Source: Mitosporidium daphniae (lineage: Eukaryota). Taken from it: DNA of 32,031 nt. The notes under the pieces are model-generated. The model saw nothing but the letters and a program-made list of their open reading frames with translations. It ran no database searches and had not been told where the DNA came from. Made by a program: the position numbers and the translations under genes. Numbering within the stretch: position 1 is the stretch's first letter; each line of letters starts with the position of its first letter. Shown here piece after piece: positions 1-11,900 of the stretch. The stretch covers positions 1 to 32,031 of the forward strand of contig NW_013546267.1 in assembly GCF_000760515.2 (NCBI RefSeq). Reading direction: 5' to 3'.

Positions 1-124
1 CCAAATATTGGGTTGGCATTGTCTATTACTATAATGTTGACTTTTCCCCATGCATCAACGCTCGAGCAAAACCCCTTGGATTTTGTTGTGCCGTTTAATT
101 TAAATAAATTCCTGTTCAATTTAA

Positions 125-1247
125 ATGGACCAACCTTGTGCGCGTGATGAAATTTCGACCCTTCTCAGGTTGCAGGAGGAGAAAGTCTCCGAGTTGTCTA
201 CGCTTCACCACAGTATTGCCTAGATTTCTAGCTCTTATGTAGACATGCGCAATGCTTTTCAGCCCATCCTAAATCGTGAGGATCTCAACCAGAATAGGCT
301 CTTGAGCAGGTATGCTAAATTTGTCAATTTGCTAGCTTGATGAGAAGAATAATATCGTCAGACACACCAAACAAATACGAAATTCTAGAGTCTTTTTATG
401 CATTGGAAGAGGAAGAGAAGGGCAAGTCGCTCGAAAACCTATTCTTGATGTCAGTTGTGCCTGTTTGCTTATCCTTAGTTTGCTGGAATTTCTTGAAGAG
501 AGTCAGTGCAGAAATAGGTGCGTTTTTATTTGCTTTATTAATTGAAGGCAGCTCGTCGATTCGATGGAAAGCATTTCCAGAAAATACCAAAGGCTACAGA
601 GGGCCTTCAAGGAGCAATTTTCATCTATCAAATGTGCTGGCAGCACCCCAAATCTTTCCGACACACCGGCAAAAAGTATGCTAGCCCCCCACCAAGGGCC
701 CGCGGAAGAACTTTATGAAGCCACCTTTTTTGATATTACTACTGATGATCTGGCTGAGATCAGGTCAGACTGTGAAGATACCTATAACCTCCGTGATGCT
801 CCAAATCCCCATAACCCATCCATTTTGGGCCATTTATATTCTGGCGTCGGTGATGAAAATGGAATCCATTCTGGTGCAAAATTGAAGGCGGATATTTTCT
901 GCGAGTACGATTCCACCAATCATGGCGAAAAGACACACATTTCTACAAAATTAGAAGAGCCGCCAGCAGAAAATCAAGATTTCAGCGTCAAATTGGCCCT
1001 ACCCCTTTCCACAGCAGACAAAAGGGATGCTAGATGTCGTCCCTTGTTCAAGTATAACGAAAGTACAAGGATGCCATCCAAACGTCGTCTTCTGCATGGA
1101 AAAGCCTGTTCCTGCTGTTCAAAATATTACGAATGCCAGGATGACAAGGGATCGGTAGATAGAATCTCACGACACAAATTCCAACATCTCCCCCCGTCTA
1201 CTCCACCCGGGTTTTGGGATATCGGCTTTACACAAAAGGAAGAATAA
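125..1247 (+). CDS. SAE2: CtIP/Sae2/Ctp1-like DNA end-resection factor (5 exons)
   Basis: C-terminus has CxxC (CSCC..YY), an RHR-like motif (SRHK) and PSTPPGFWDIGF, diagnostic of CtIP/Sae2. Exons 125-212, 243-309, 336-449, 479-517, 548-1247 are joined in frame by GT-AG introns 213-242 (30 nt), 310-335 (26), 450-478 (29), 518-547 (30). N-terminus looks coiled-coil. Confidence 0.88.
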
Positions 1248-1254
1248 TTTATTG

Positions 1255-2458
1255 TTAGATGGTTTTTAAATAAGGGGATGGGATGCTATTTTTCTCTAAA
1301 ATCTGGCACAGATATAAAAGAGTGTCTAGTCCATTTTGATTTTCACCGTTTGGACTGCCCGATGCAGGAGGTGGGACCAAGGTGTTGGAAGACTGAACTT
1401 GTTGAGGGGGTAGTGGTGATGTCAAGGGTTCTGCGCCAGGCATGGTTGTGCACCGGCCTGGAAATAGATTTTGCCCAGCAACCGCTTTGGCCATTCGGAG
1501 CTGGATTCCTTTATCCTGAGAGACTTTGTAATCCAAATCAATGGCTTCCTTTAAGATCGATAGATTGATTGACGGGAAGCCATTGTTGTTTGATTGTTGT
1601 GGCTGTGGGCTTATCTCGCGCATTTTGAGTGCTGAGTGCGTCTGGGGTTTTTTGGCCAATTGATGCGCGGGATGTTCTGTTAAACGCTTATACGGACCTC
1701 GTTGGGTTCCCTTTGTTCTTCTTTTTCTTTCTGAATTAACACATTGGGATTCCAGGCCCCTGGAAATGCACCTGAAGCAAGGCCTGCTGTTTTCACACTT
1801 TTTACAAGCCTTTCTGCAAGGTACTACAAATAAATAAGAATCGGACTCAAATCTTACCACATGCAATTTGCACCTGAACCCTGCGCGCCTTTTTTGGTTC
1901 TTTTGAAACAGCAGAGTTGTCAATTTTGTTTTCCGGCTGCACATTTGAAGTTGCATTCTGAGGTGCAGCTTGCACAGGTTGGTTCTGAGGAAAGCTTTGA
2001 GTACCCTCGGAAGGACCAGAATCGCACGAGGAATGTTGTGCCGATGGAGATGAAAATGAAAGACAAAGAGAATAAAGCTCCATAAGACGATCCTTTAGTT
2101 TAAGCGATGAAGCTTGATCCCCTGGTATCTGGGGGCAAGCGGCTCCAATGACAGGCTCCATTCCCACCGCCGATAAAGAAAATCTTTGCGTGGGGGCAAG
2201 GCTGAATTTTGCCTCGTTGTAATTTGGGGTTAAATCTTTGTTTTGATGCGAATTCTGCTGACCTTGAAAGCGCTGTGGGTGTTGTTCGCCGTTACGAGAA
2301 CGTGGATTCTGGTGGTTAACAAGGTTTGCCAGATTAAGAAGACCAAGATTAGGATGTGTTCTTGATATGGGTGTTCCGTCAAGCATATTCTCATCCGGCT
2401 GTTTTGGGGGTACCTTTGATGAGGCGGGAGGCGAAAAATTCGGTGACCTTGTTAACAT
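1255..2458 (-). CDS. Zn(II)2Cys6 binuclear-cluster transcription factor (2 exons)
   Basis: Removing the 34-nt intron 1824-1857 (gtaaga...tttgtag) gives QIACVPCRKACKKCENSRPCFRCISRGLESQCVNSERKRRTKGTQRGPYKR, i.e. C-x2-C-x6-C-x5-C-x2-C-x8-C plus a basic tail. Flanks are low-complexity Q/P/S. Confidence 0.9.
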
Positions 2459-2794
2459 CAAGTATGGGTCACAAGACCTTTCTCCAATAAAGCGAGATGT
2501 GAACTTTAGAGGACGTAAATTAATTGGTCCATTTAGCTATTTCTGCAAACCTGATTATAACAAATAGAAAACTGAAGGTGTAAAACGTGATTATGCTTTG
2601 TCCATCAAATAAGCATTTAAATTTAAATTTTATCACTGCTTTGAACATTAATAATTTCATAATCCCAACCCTAGATGATAATATCCCAGATATAGGAGTT
2701 TTCCAGGCATATCACCAAATGTAGGAATCACCCAGTGATGGTATGGCATCCATGGTACAAGAAGAAGCGCACCATATAAACCCACATAATTTTG

Positions 2795-4065
2795 ATGAGC
2801 ACAAGGCCTTCTACGACTGCGGCACCACCTCAAACGATGTCAAATGTTTTAAAAGTAAGAGCCGTTATCAATCTTTAGGCAAATGATTGGATACATGCGC
2901 TAAAATTTCTTGATGGAGGAGACATTTCGCAAGCCATCAAGGTTTTCAAAGAAATCGAGCCTCCAACATCTAAAGTCTTATATAACATTGGAAGTCTAAT
3001 ACTGGCAGCGCAAGAAACGGAGGACACACCTTTTTTGCAACATTTCATTCAGCAACAGGCACACCTTCACCCATCCATTTCAAATGAAGCACCGATTCAA
3101 GAGTACATCACAACCAAAATGTCGATTTCTTTGCAACGCTCCAGTCTCGAAGAGGTTCTGCAATTATATATGCAATCTACGCAACTTGATACGTTTTTTG
3201 CGATTGGCCATTTTCAATGTGGATATCTCTTTGAAGCTTTGGGGCGCCACGAGGAGGCCATAAAATCCTATCTTGCATGCATCAACGTGGGAGCAAATAT
3301 AGTTTTAAACTGGTAGAGTTTTCGCGACAGTAAAGTCATTGACTATGAGCAGCTCGGAATTGACCTCAGATTGTGTCTTTGCGAGGCTTATTTTAATTTG
3401 GCGATAATTTATTTGAATGGACCAGATGCATATGAGGAGGGCATGCGATATCTTTTACTGGCCGCAGACAACATCCATTTTCCAAGACACGAGCGGATCG
3501 AGCTTTCTCTTAGAGATAGGGGCGAGGTATTTTGTCTATTTATTTTTCTTTTTTCCCAACTAGAGACGAGTTCCTTTTTCGATTAAAAAAGGAGCTATTT
3601 TCCGTCCAGGGTCCATTCGCCTACTTTATAATGAAGCCCCTAGTATTTGCACGGACAGTGGCATTAATAGTAATTTCACTTCTAACATACTTCTGGACTC
3701 TTTTCCCTCATCAACGGCGCTTCAAGTATGCCAGTGTCCCTGCTAATTATTAGGAAACTAGGAAAAAAGCAGATGTGGATCAAAAGATCTTGTCCACGGC
3801 TGCAATTAATGTTGCAACCGAGCTAAATAGCAAAGTTGTCAAGATAATTTTGGACAAAGAAAGATGCATCTACCGGAAATGGTCGATAATTTCCACAGAA
3901 AAAGAAGCCATATACGGATCACTTATGGCGCTTCTCAATGAAAAGGAACATTGGTATTTTAGGGATAATGAGGGAGACTGGGCGTCCATTACCAGTCCGC
4001 AGGACTTGGAAATCGCTCTCGAAGTCATGGAAAAGGAGAAGATATTTACGATTACTAAATTTTAA
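2795..4065 (+). CDS. noxR: NADPH oxidase regulator NoxR / p67phox homologue (TPR + PB1), 5 exons
   Basis: Exons 2795-2854, 2879-3286, 3317-3526, 3564-3725, 3754-4065; introns 24, 30, 37, 28 nt. The protein has W..AL..LD, SKVLYNIG, D.FFAIGHFQ.G, IDYEQLG..L.LCEAYFN and the activation segment PFSIKKGAIFRP, all matching NoxR/p67phox. It ends in a PB1 OPCA motif (YFRDNEGDWASITSPQDL). Alternative in-frame ATG at 2837. Confidence 0.88.
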
Positions 4066-4442
4066 CGACATACTCTTGTATTGCCTATAAATACGCTAGC
4101 ATTTGATCGATAATATTAATAAGAGCGAGGCCAGCACTAGGTGTTGATATGCTTTTACAACCTCAAGTGCCATGCTAGACAGTCAATTGGGATTACATAG
4201 AAACCGCCAATTTCGGCGATAACCGTAAAAACATCGAAAGGCAACAGGCATATTCAAAACTCCGATGTGCCCAATTGCAAATCCATCCGCGAACATGACA
4301 TCCAGCAAATGATCTTTGGAGGCGTTAGCCAATCATATGCGAGAATATTTTAAATTTTAAAAAATGAACCTTTTCGACTCGCATTCAACTTGATCAACCA
4401 AATCTTTTTAATATACTAATAGTTAGTTACACCTTTGCACCA

Positions 4443-5867
4443 ATGGATTCCGAAAATCATAAAGAAAATCCCATCACTTTGGTCGGGAAAATCGAACCGA
4501 TACATAATTTAAAGCCAGCAGGTTGGACGAAACCCCTGATTTTCTCATCCGTTGCTGCATCGATTGGATCTTTTATCTTTGGATTTAATATTAGCGTGAT
4601 TGATGCGCCTTCACAAATATTTACGCAATGCGATTTGGAAAGTGGGCTTTCTGGCGCATTTCCGACATGCATAAATGTGCATGGCTACTGGAACCTTGTA
4701 GTGACCATTTTCTGCATCGGTGGCCTGATCGGGTCGCTTTCTTCCTCTTTTTTGATGAGTAACATCGGTCGAAAAGCAACAATCCTTTATAACTGCTTTT
4801 TCTTTATGGCTGGCGGCTTATTGATGTCGCTCAGCAGTAATTTGGCCATGCTGCTTATTGGTCGTCTTCTAATTGGCTTTGCCTCCGGTCTTGTGACCTG
4901 TGTTGTGCCTACTTACTTGGCCGAGATATCCCCAGACACCATTAGAGGCCAAGTAGCTTCGTTCCACCAGTGCATGTTGGTTATTGGAATTATTTTTGCG
5001 CAAGCGCTGGCCTTTCCGCTGGTCACTCCTGGATTGCAAACTTGGAGAATTCTGTTTTTCATCACTGCGGGTCTAGGTTGTGTTCAATTAATTTGTCTCT
5101 TCTTTGCTGCAGAATCGCCCGTTTTTCTTGCAAGTAAGCGAGGAATTGAGCATGCAGAAAAGTCGCTTAAAAAACTTCGTGGCTCAAAAAGCATCGCAGA
5201 GGATCTTTTGCGACTTCAAAAGAGGTCCTCGCAATCTGTATTTTCTTCAAAGCCGCTTTCCATTCTTGAGCTCATACCGCATAAAGAGGCTAGAAAAAGT
5301 GTGCTAGTTTCCTCATTTAGCCATCTTGCTCAGCAGCTTTCTGGCATAAATGCGTATTTCTTTTATTGCATGATAATTTTTGGAAGCATCTCTTTGCCTT
5401 TCAGTCCGAAAGTGATTCCTTTGATATTGGGTATCGTTAATGCCGCATTTTCCTGCGGTTCTGTTTTTCTTATCGACAGAAGCGGTCGTAGACCTCTGCT
5501 TCTGCTTTCGACTGTTATATGCTGTATTTCTACATTTTGTATTGTGATCGGATTTTTGTTTGGGTTGACCCTTTTGAAGGTTATACCGGCAATTACTTTT
5601 GTTGCTGGATTTGCCATTGGGCTTGGTCCTGTACCATGGATTATTGTTGGCGATATTTTCCCATCAGAAGCGATCAGCTCCGGGTCTTCTCTCGCAATTA
5701 CGGTCAATTGGATATGCAACTCGCTGGTGGCCTTTGGAACGGAGATGCTTTGCAGCGTACTTGGTCCGTTTGCATTTTTACCATTTCTCGCTGTTTTAAT
5801 TGCTTACCTATTTTTTATCCTGGCTTATATTCCGGAAACTAAAGGTACTGTACCCGCATACCTTTAA
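4443..5867 (+). CDS. MFS sugar porter (GLUT/HXT-like hexose transporter)
   Basis: About 12 hydrophobic segments and the motifs FGFN, IGRK, YLAEISP..RG, AESP, QQLSGIN, DRSGRR, GLGPVPW, PETKG. Single open frame. Confidence 0.95.
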   Translation: MDSENHKENPITLVGKIEPIHNLKPAGWTKPLIFSSVAASIGSFIFGFNISVIDAPSQIFTQCDLESGLSGAFPTCINVHGYWNLVVTIFCIGGLIGSLSSSFLMSNIGRKATILYNCFFFMAGGLLMSLSSNLAMLLIGRLLIGFASGLVTCVVPTYLAEISPDTIRGQVASFHQCMLVIGIIFAQALAFPLVTPGLQTWRILFFITAGLGCVQLICLFFAAESPVFLASKRGIEHAEKSLKKLRGSKSIAEDLLRLQKRSSQSVFSSKPLSILELIPHKEARKSVLVSSFSHLAQQLSGINAYFFYCMIIFGSISLPFSPKVIPLILGIVNAAFSCGSVFLIDRSGRRPLLLLSTVICCISTFCIVIGFLFGLTLLKVIPAITFVAGFAIGLGPVPWIIVGDIFPSEAISSGSSLAITVNWICNSLVAFGTEMLCSVLGPFAFLPFLAVLIAYLFFILAYIPETKGTVPAYL

Positions 5868-5985
5868 ATTTAATAAACTTTGTTATCACGACACACCATC
5901 ATGCGTGTACCGCATCATGCTGGCGATGTCGATATTGATACTCGCGCCCTATATTTTTCAATTTAATTTTGGAATTTAATTTTTA

Positions 5986-8900
5986 ATGACTGGCGACCAC
6001 CAGGTTTGGCCAAGGGATCATCATTTGTCGCCAAAACTGGAGGACGCTCTTGCTGCCATGCTTGGCGATCTTAATTTAGAGCATGCATTTTTGGAAACTA
6101 ACGATGATTTTGGAAATTTTATCGATAAATTTTTCTCTTTTGCCGCTACTTCCTTTCGAACTTGCAAGGCTTTGGTGAACCATTTGATCCACCATTGCGA
6201 CAATCTATTTGAAAATGCTCAATTTAGAGATCTATTGCTGCATAGGCTCCAATTCATTATTAATAGGTAGGGGCCCTACATGGAGTTTCTAATTTTAGGA
6301 ATAATGAACGTCCTAAAGTTCATGCCATGTCAATTCATCTTTTAGTTTTGCTAATTTGCCAAGATAAGATGTCCAGTCTTTCTGAAAAGTCTTTGAAACT
6401 TTTCTATCAAAACATGCACTTGATCGCCGTAATCTTGTTCCATTTGGTAAGGCTAGGTGGCTGCAATATGAAAACACGTCGGCTTTGCAACGCTCTTTTT
6501 AAGAACCTCATAGCTGGACTCAAAAATTCATCCTCTATTAGATGTTCCTTTTTAATGCAGAAAGATCTTATTTCAGAACTGAGAGCAAATCCCCTATTAT
6601 CTCAAGACTCGTTCGTATTGGGACCTTTCATTTGCATTTTCATGTCATCTTTTGAAGAAATTTCGTTTGCCAATTCAGCGCTTACTTATGTGTGTGAACA
6701 AATATTTTCATCCTCACCAGGAACTACATTTAGCGCCGTTTTGCAGCTTTTAGTGGATTCATTTTCTTCAAAAAATTATCATCATGTATTTTTTGAAACA
6801 TTCTTGAAGCTCTTTTCACGACAGGTTTTAAGAAATCTTCAAAATACTCTGCTAAATACTCGTGTGGTCGTAGAAAAGATGTGCTCTTCCCCGGTTCCTG
6901 TGAATTTTGAAAAGGTTTGGAATCAGGGCCTTAGGGAGGGTGTTATTTCAGGGTTGAAGTCTACACTGTCATCTGCGAGAATCGAATCTGCCAAAATTAT
7001 CCGCATTTTACTAGAAAAGACTGAAAGTGTCGACATCGTTTGCGACGTGGTCGCCTTTATCATTTCATCGGGCCTTTCAATAGATGTCCGGCTTTCAGCA
7101 TTGCAAGCTTTTCATTTGCGTGATACCGTTACACAAAAGTTCAAGCATGCGCTGGTCGAAATGCTGATAACGCAACTAATCTTCCCTGTAAAGACCTCTG
7201 TAAGCTCACCTACCAAAGGTGTAGGGGAGATCAAAATCCCCGATAATGTCTTATTTTCGGTGCTTTCAATAATTGTTTCTCAGCTTGCAGATGATTCCTG
7301 CTTTCCTGATTCTCTGCTAGCGCTAGTTCAAAGTAAAAATGAAATTGTCCTTGCTTCTCTGGCATCGTGGATTTCTCTTGGATTTTTTTCAACCAATAGA
7401 GACTCTCCAGATCTTCCTCCCTTTTCAATGCAATCAAATCTGGCTATTTGGCAGGTGATGACAAGATCAATTCTATTGGAAGGTAGCGCTCAGGTTTACA
7501 CATCTCCAGTTTTCAAATCTGATTTTGTAAAGTCATTTTCAGAATGGGCTTTGCGATTACCGCCAGGAAATATAATTCCCAGTCTCCTTCTTTTTGGATT
7601 TGTATCGGAAATTTTTAAACAGGAGCCCATTTCCTTGCATTCGACTTCAATTTTGCAGCGCCTCTTTCCGGTTGCAATTTCGTATGCCATCGCATTTAAC
7701 GATCCCGAAAGAGCGGGAAAGATCCTTGCCGTCCATGTTGCGGATCGTTCTTCTTTTATAGAGCTTCTTTTTTCGTGTAAAATCTTCCATCACCAAGGAT
7801 TTACCTTGAAAGAGCCTCAGCAAAATGACTCCTCAATGTCGGCATTTAATTGGACATTATCGGTGGCAAGGTTTTTTTCTGGCTTGGTGGCTGTAAATCA
7901 AGAGTTGCTTGATCCGATTTTGGAACATTCATTTGTGTCTTTGGCCCCATATGGATATCCAAATATTTGGAGTTTTCTCTATAAGTATCTGGTAGAGGGA
8001 CCTTCATCTTCCTCTATTAATTCGTGGTTGGGTCAGAGATCTTCTCTTCTGTTGAAATGCATCGAATTCTGCAAGGAAGACCACAAGAACTTTGTGTGCC
8101 TCTTGAAATTTATCTTTGCTAATCTTAATGCAAAAGACATTTTGTTGAAGATTGGCCACCTACTTTTGCTTGAGCTCCCCTTTGCTGATTCGCATCGAAT
8201 ATTTAAATTATTTCTCTCAAGCTCTTCTGTTTTACAGGAAATCACAGAGTTGTATTACTTGTTTGGGTGCAGAATTATCAAAACAAATGATCCTCTGCTA
8301 ATAGCTGAATACTTTCCGCATTCCCTTTCCGGAGAATATAAAAACCTCTCAACGTTGCCAGCTTTGTTGCTGAAAAAGATGAATGAACATTCTTCTACGC
8401 TGATAATCAGAGAGTTGATAGCTGGTGTTCTACTTTCAGCAGCCTTTCTTAACAATCATGACCATGATGCTCATATTGCGTTTAATGATCAAGATCCCGA
8501 GCCTCTTTTAAATGAAGAAATAGAAGATACCTCTCTTGATGTCATTCGGATCTTTGAAGTGATTCGTGGTATTCAACTGGTCCTTCATGCCCAAACACTC
8601 AATACGCAAGTCTATTCATCATCAAATGAGGCTGCTTTAATCATCCCTACTCAGGTAATCATTAAGCTTTTGAGACTTGTTTTGCATAAACCCTCTCCTT
8701 TGTTATTGACTGATCACTATTCAGCCCTTGGGGCAATGGAGGATTTGTTTTCAGATAACATGCCTCTGCTTCGTTCAAAGGACCAACAACTTGTGACTTT
8801 CATTGAATCTATGGCTCTTTCATATCTTGCGTCTTCATCGAGACTTTCTGCACTTATACTTTTGCATGTTTTGACGGGCCTCGTACCGCAGTATCGTGCA

Positions 8901-11900
8901 TCGGAAAATTACCATTCAGAGCGCATCACACTGCTCATTTATTGTTGTATCTTTGAGAATGCAGAGGATTTTCCGGAAGACCAAGAGAACGACGAATCCA
9001 AGATAGACAATATTTTTCTTTCATCAAGAATTTGTTCCATTGCAACGACTCTTTTCACTGCATTTGATGTTGGTAAGGAGAATTTTTGCAGACCCTTGTT
9101 GGAAATTTGGCGGCTATATCATGAGCAGGATGGAACGAATGTTGCCGGTGAAAGAACCCTATACACTCCATTTGTCGAGTGGAATGTCGCTAAAGCTCTT
9201 TCTACGCAGCTTATTAAATGCTCCATGACTAACACTCATGTTGCAGAAGAAGAGGATCCGCTTCTGATCATCGAATATGTTTCCAAATCCTATTTCCGAT
9301 TTCTTGATGAATTGATAAGTGCACCCGGTCACTTGAGGCATCGTCAGGAGACCCTTCTGCTCAGGGACTTGAAACCTCGAAAAGATCTTTGTTCTTTGCT
9401 TGATGCATTTTGGGGCGCAATCTCTGATCAGCTGGTTTCATCCAATTCGATCGATATTGACGGCGAGTCCATGACGCGCTGCATCTCTGTTCTGCTACAC
9501 CGTTTCTACGAATTCATTTGCAAGGGGCCCCTGTGTTGGGACCCAAGTTTGGAGATCAGGGAGAAATTTTCTCAGCTTGCTTGCTGGATAACACATCAAG
9601 TTGCCTCTAGCCAGCCACTTCATGTCTGTGAATCAATTCAGAGCCTTTTCGAGAGCATAATTAAATCGGAAGATTTTACGTCATTCCCGAAGGCATCCCA
9701 TGAAGAGATGAAAACCTATGTCTGCTCTTGGCTCCCTCTTCTTAATCCAATACAAGACAATTCGATATGGGCTCACAATGCTAAAATTGCATGTGAGATC
9801 CTTGGTTCACCGGCCAACTTGATAAGTAAGCCTCTTTTAACGGAAGCTGGAAAGCTCCTTACAAAAGTCCCTTTATCGATTGAGCTTTTTTTTGGTTCCT
9901 ATCATGATCAACCCGTAAGCGATGGATCGTTCATGTCACCGGCCAAAACATCTTCCTTGACACGATCTAGCTGCCCTACGCCGCTTTCAGCATATGCTTT
10001 AGGTGTCATTAAGGTAGTTCAAATGGAAAGAGGAACCATATCGATGTTTTCTATTGACGATAGCCTTTCACCGGCAGAGCATCTGTCTCTCTTTGATGCT
10101 GTCCTTTCAATGAGGGGTAACCAAAGCGGGGATGGACCCTGGGGCCATCTCTTTCTCTCAAATCTCACGAGTCTTTATGAAATTGCTTCCAAGGCCAGTG
10201 GTACCAAGTTGGCGGAAAACGAAGAGATCATTCTTGGGTGGGCAAAAGCCGCAGAAAGAAACCACCTTCTGTTCCAAGGGCGTTTCATTGATGCGTTGAT
10301 CACAATGATATCTTCTGAAGACGATGAAAGCTGGAAATCTAAAATACTGGCCGTTCGTTCGCTTTCCATGATGATTTCTTGCGCCGCAATGGAAGGAAGA
10401 ATCGGAGCTGTTATTGAAGCCGTGGCCAGGCGCAACATTCTCTTTAGTTCGCATCGCACTCTTCAGCAGACAGCTATTTGCTTTTTGGAATCGCTTTCAG
10501 CACCGAAAACTGCTTCTCAAACCCCTCCTTCGGCGGTCTTGGTTGCGACGGCCACAGAGATTGTTTACGCAATTGTTGATGCCCCTTCGCATTTATCTCG
10601 TACCATCGGTGGGCTTTTTGGACGCGTCTTTTGGGAACCGCTGCCTAGAGCCACCACCCTTTTATTGGTGCTGATGCTGCGTTCTGCCCTCGGACCCGCC
10701 AGCCATGGCCTATTGAATGCGGACGGCCGTCGCAAGGCCGCTCTATTTTCATCGCTGCTGCCGATGGTTACTACGACCCAGATAGACCTTTTATTTATCA
10801 CCTCAATGCTTACTCCATATCTCTTGAAAATGGCGGAGGGCGATCCTATCGCAGCAAATCGCCTGACAGCATCGCGCGCTCTTGCCTCCATCGTTACAGC
10901 TATGGATCAAGACGGAATTCTTTCTGGTACCTTTCATGAGAAAATCCATAGCCGGTTTCTTCAATCGAATTCGGACAATGCTTCAAGTGATGACATCGAT
11001 GATAACTGCCTCAATCATCCTCAAAATTGCAAGTTGCCTGCCGACAACCTTCACTTGGAGTGTCAACTTTGGGCAGAAATCAAATCGGGGACATCTCAAT
11101 TGAAAGGGGGACACTCTGCTGCTCTTCCCCTTTCGTGGATATTGTTAACCCGTGGCTGGAGCCGCTTCAATTGTCTCGAACTTGTCAAAGATCGTCTCCA
11201 TACGCTTTGGCTTCCGCTTATTCTTCAAAACGAGCTTGGAGCCGCCCTGCTTCTGGAAAACATCGTGCAAACATTTGGCCTTTTTTTCGTTCCTTTTTTA
11301 CGAGAAACTATTGACTTTGTATTTTCAAATAGTCGCATCGGTCAGGATGATGGTAAAGAGCGCGGGTTGGAAAGGCTCCTTCATGCGATAGTAGATGCAT
11401 ATACACACTATAACTGGATTACCATTTATCCCCATCAAAACAAGCTCGCCATCTCTGAGACAATGCCAGATGCTTCAGCTACTTTAATTGAAGCCCAGGT
11501 TTCTGATATCGATTCCCCGCCCATTTATGATGGCCGTTTTTCGCCTCTCATGTGTTATGTTCCCGGTATTCTTCTTGGGGCACTTGCGCGAAAGATGGCC
11601 GAAGCCCCTCCTGGGCTTCCTCAGTTATTAGCTCTCGATGCGCTTACTCGCTGGGCAGAACTTAGATCTGCCCCATCCGCTTCGTCAATTTTGGAGATGA
11701 AATACGCTCACTCCATGGGTGCTATTCTTCGGCAAGCTTTATCTTGTCAAGATCCCGGAGTTTCTACATCATCCTATTCGGACTCCACTTCTCCTGTACA
11801 GGGGCTCTCGACATCGCCAACCATGTGTGCTAGTTTGAAACTTGAGTGTTCATCTAACTTGGATATAGTCTCATATGAACACTTTCTTGCTGAACTTTAT

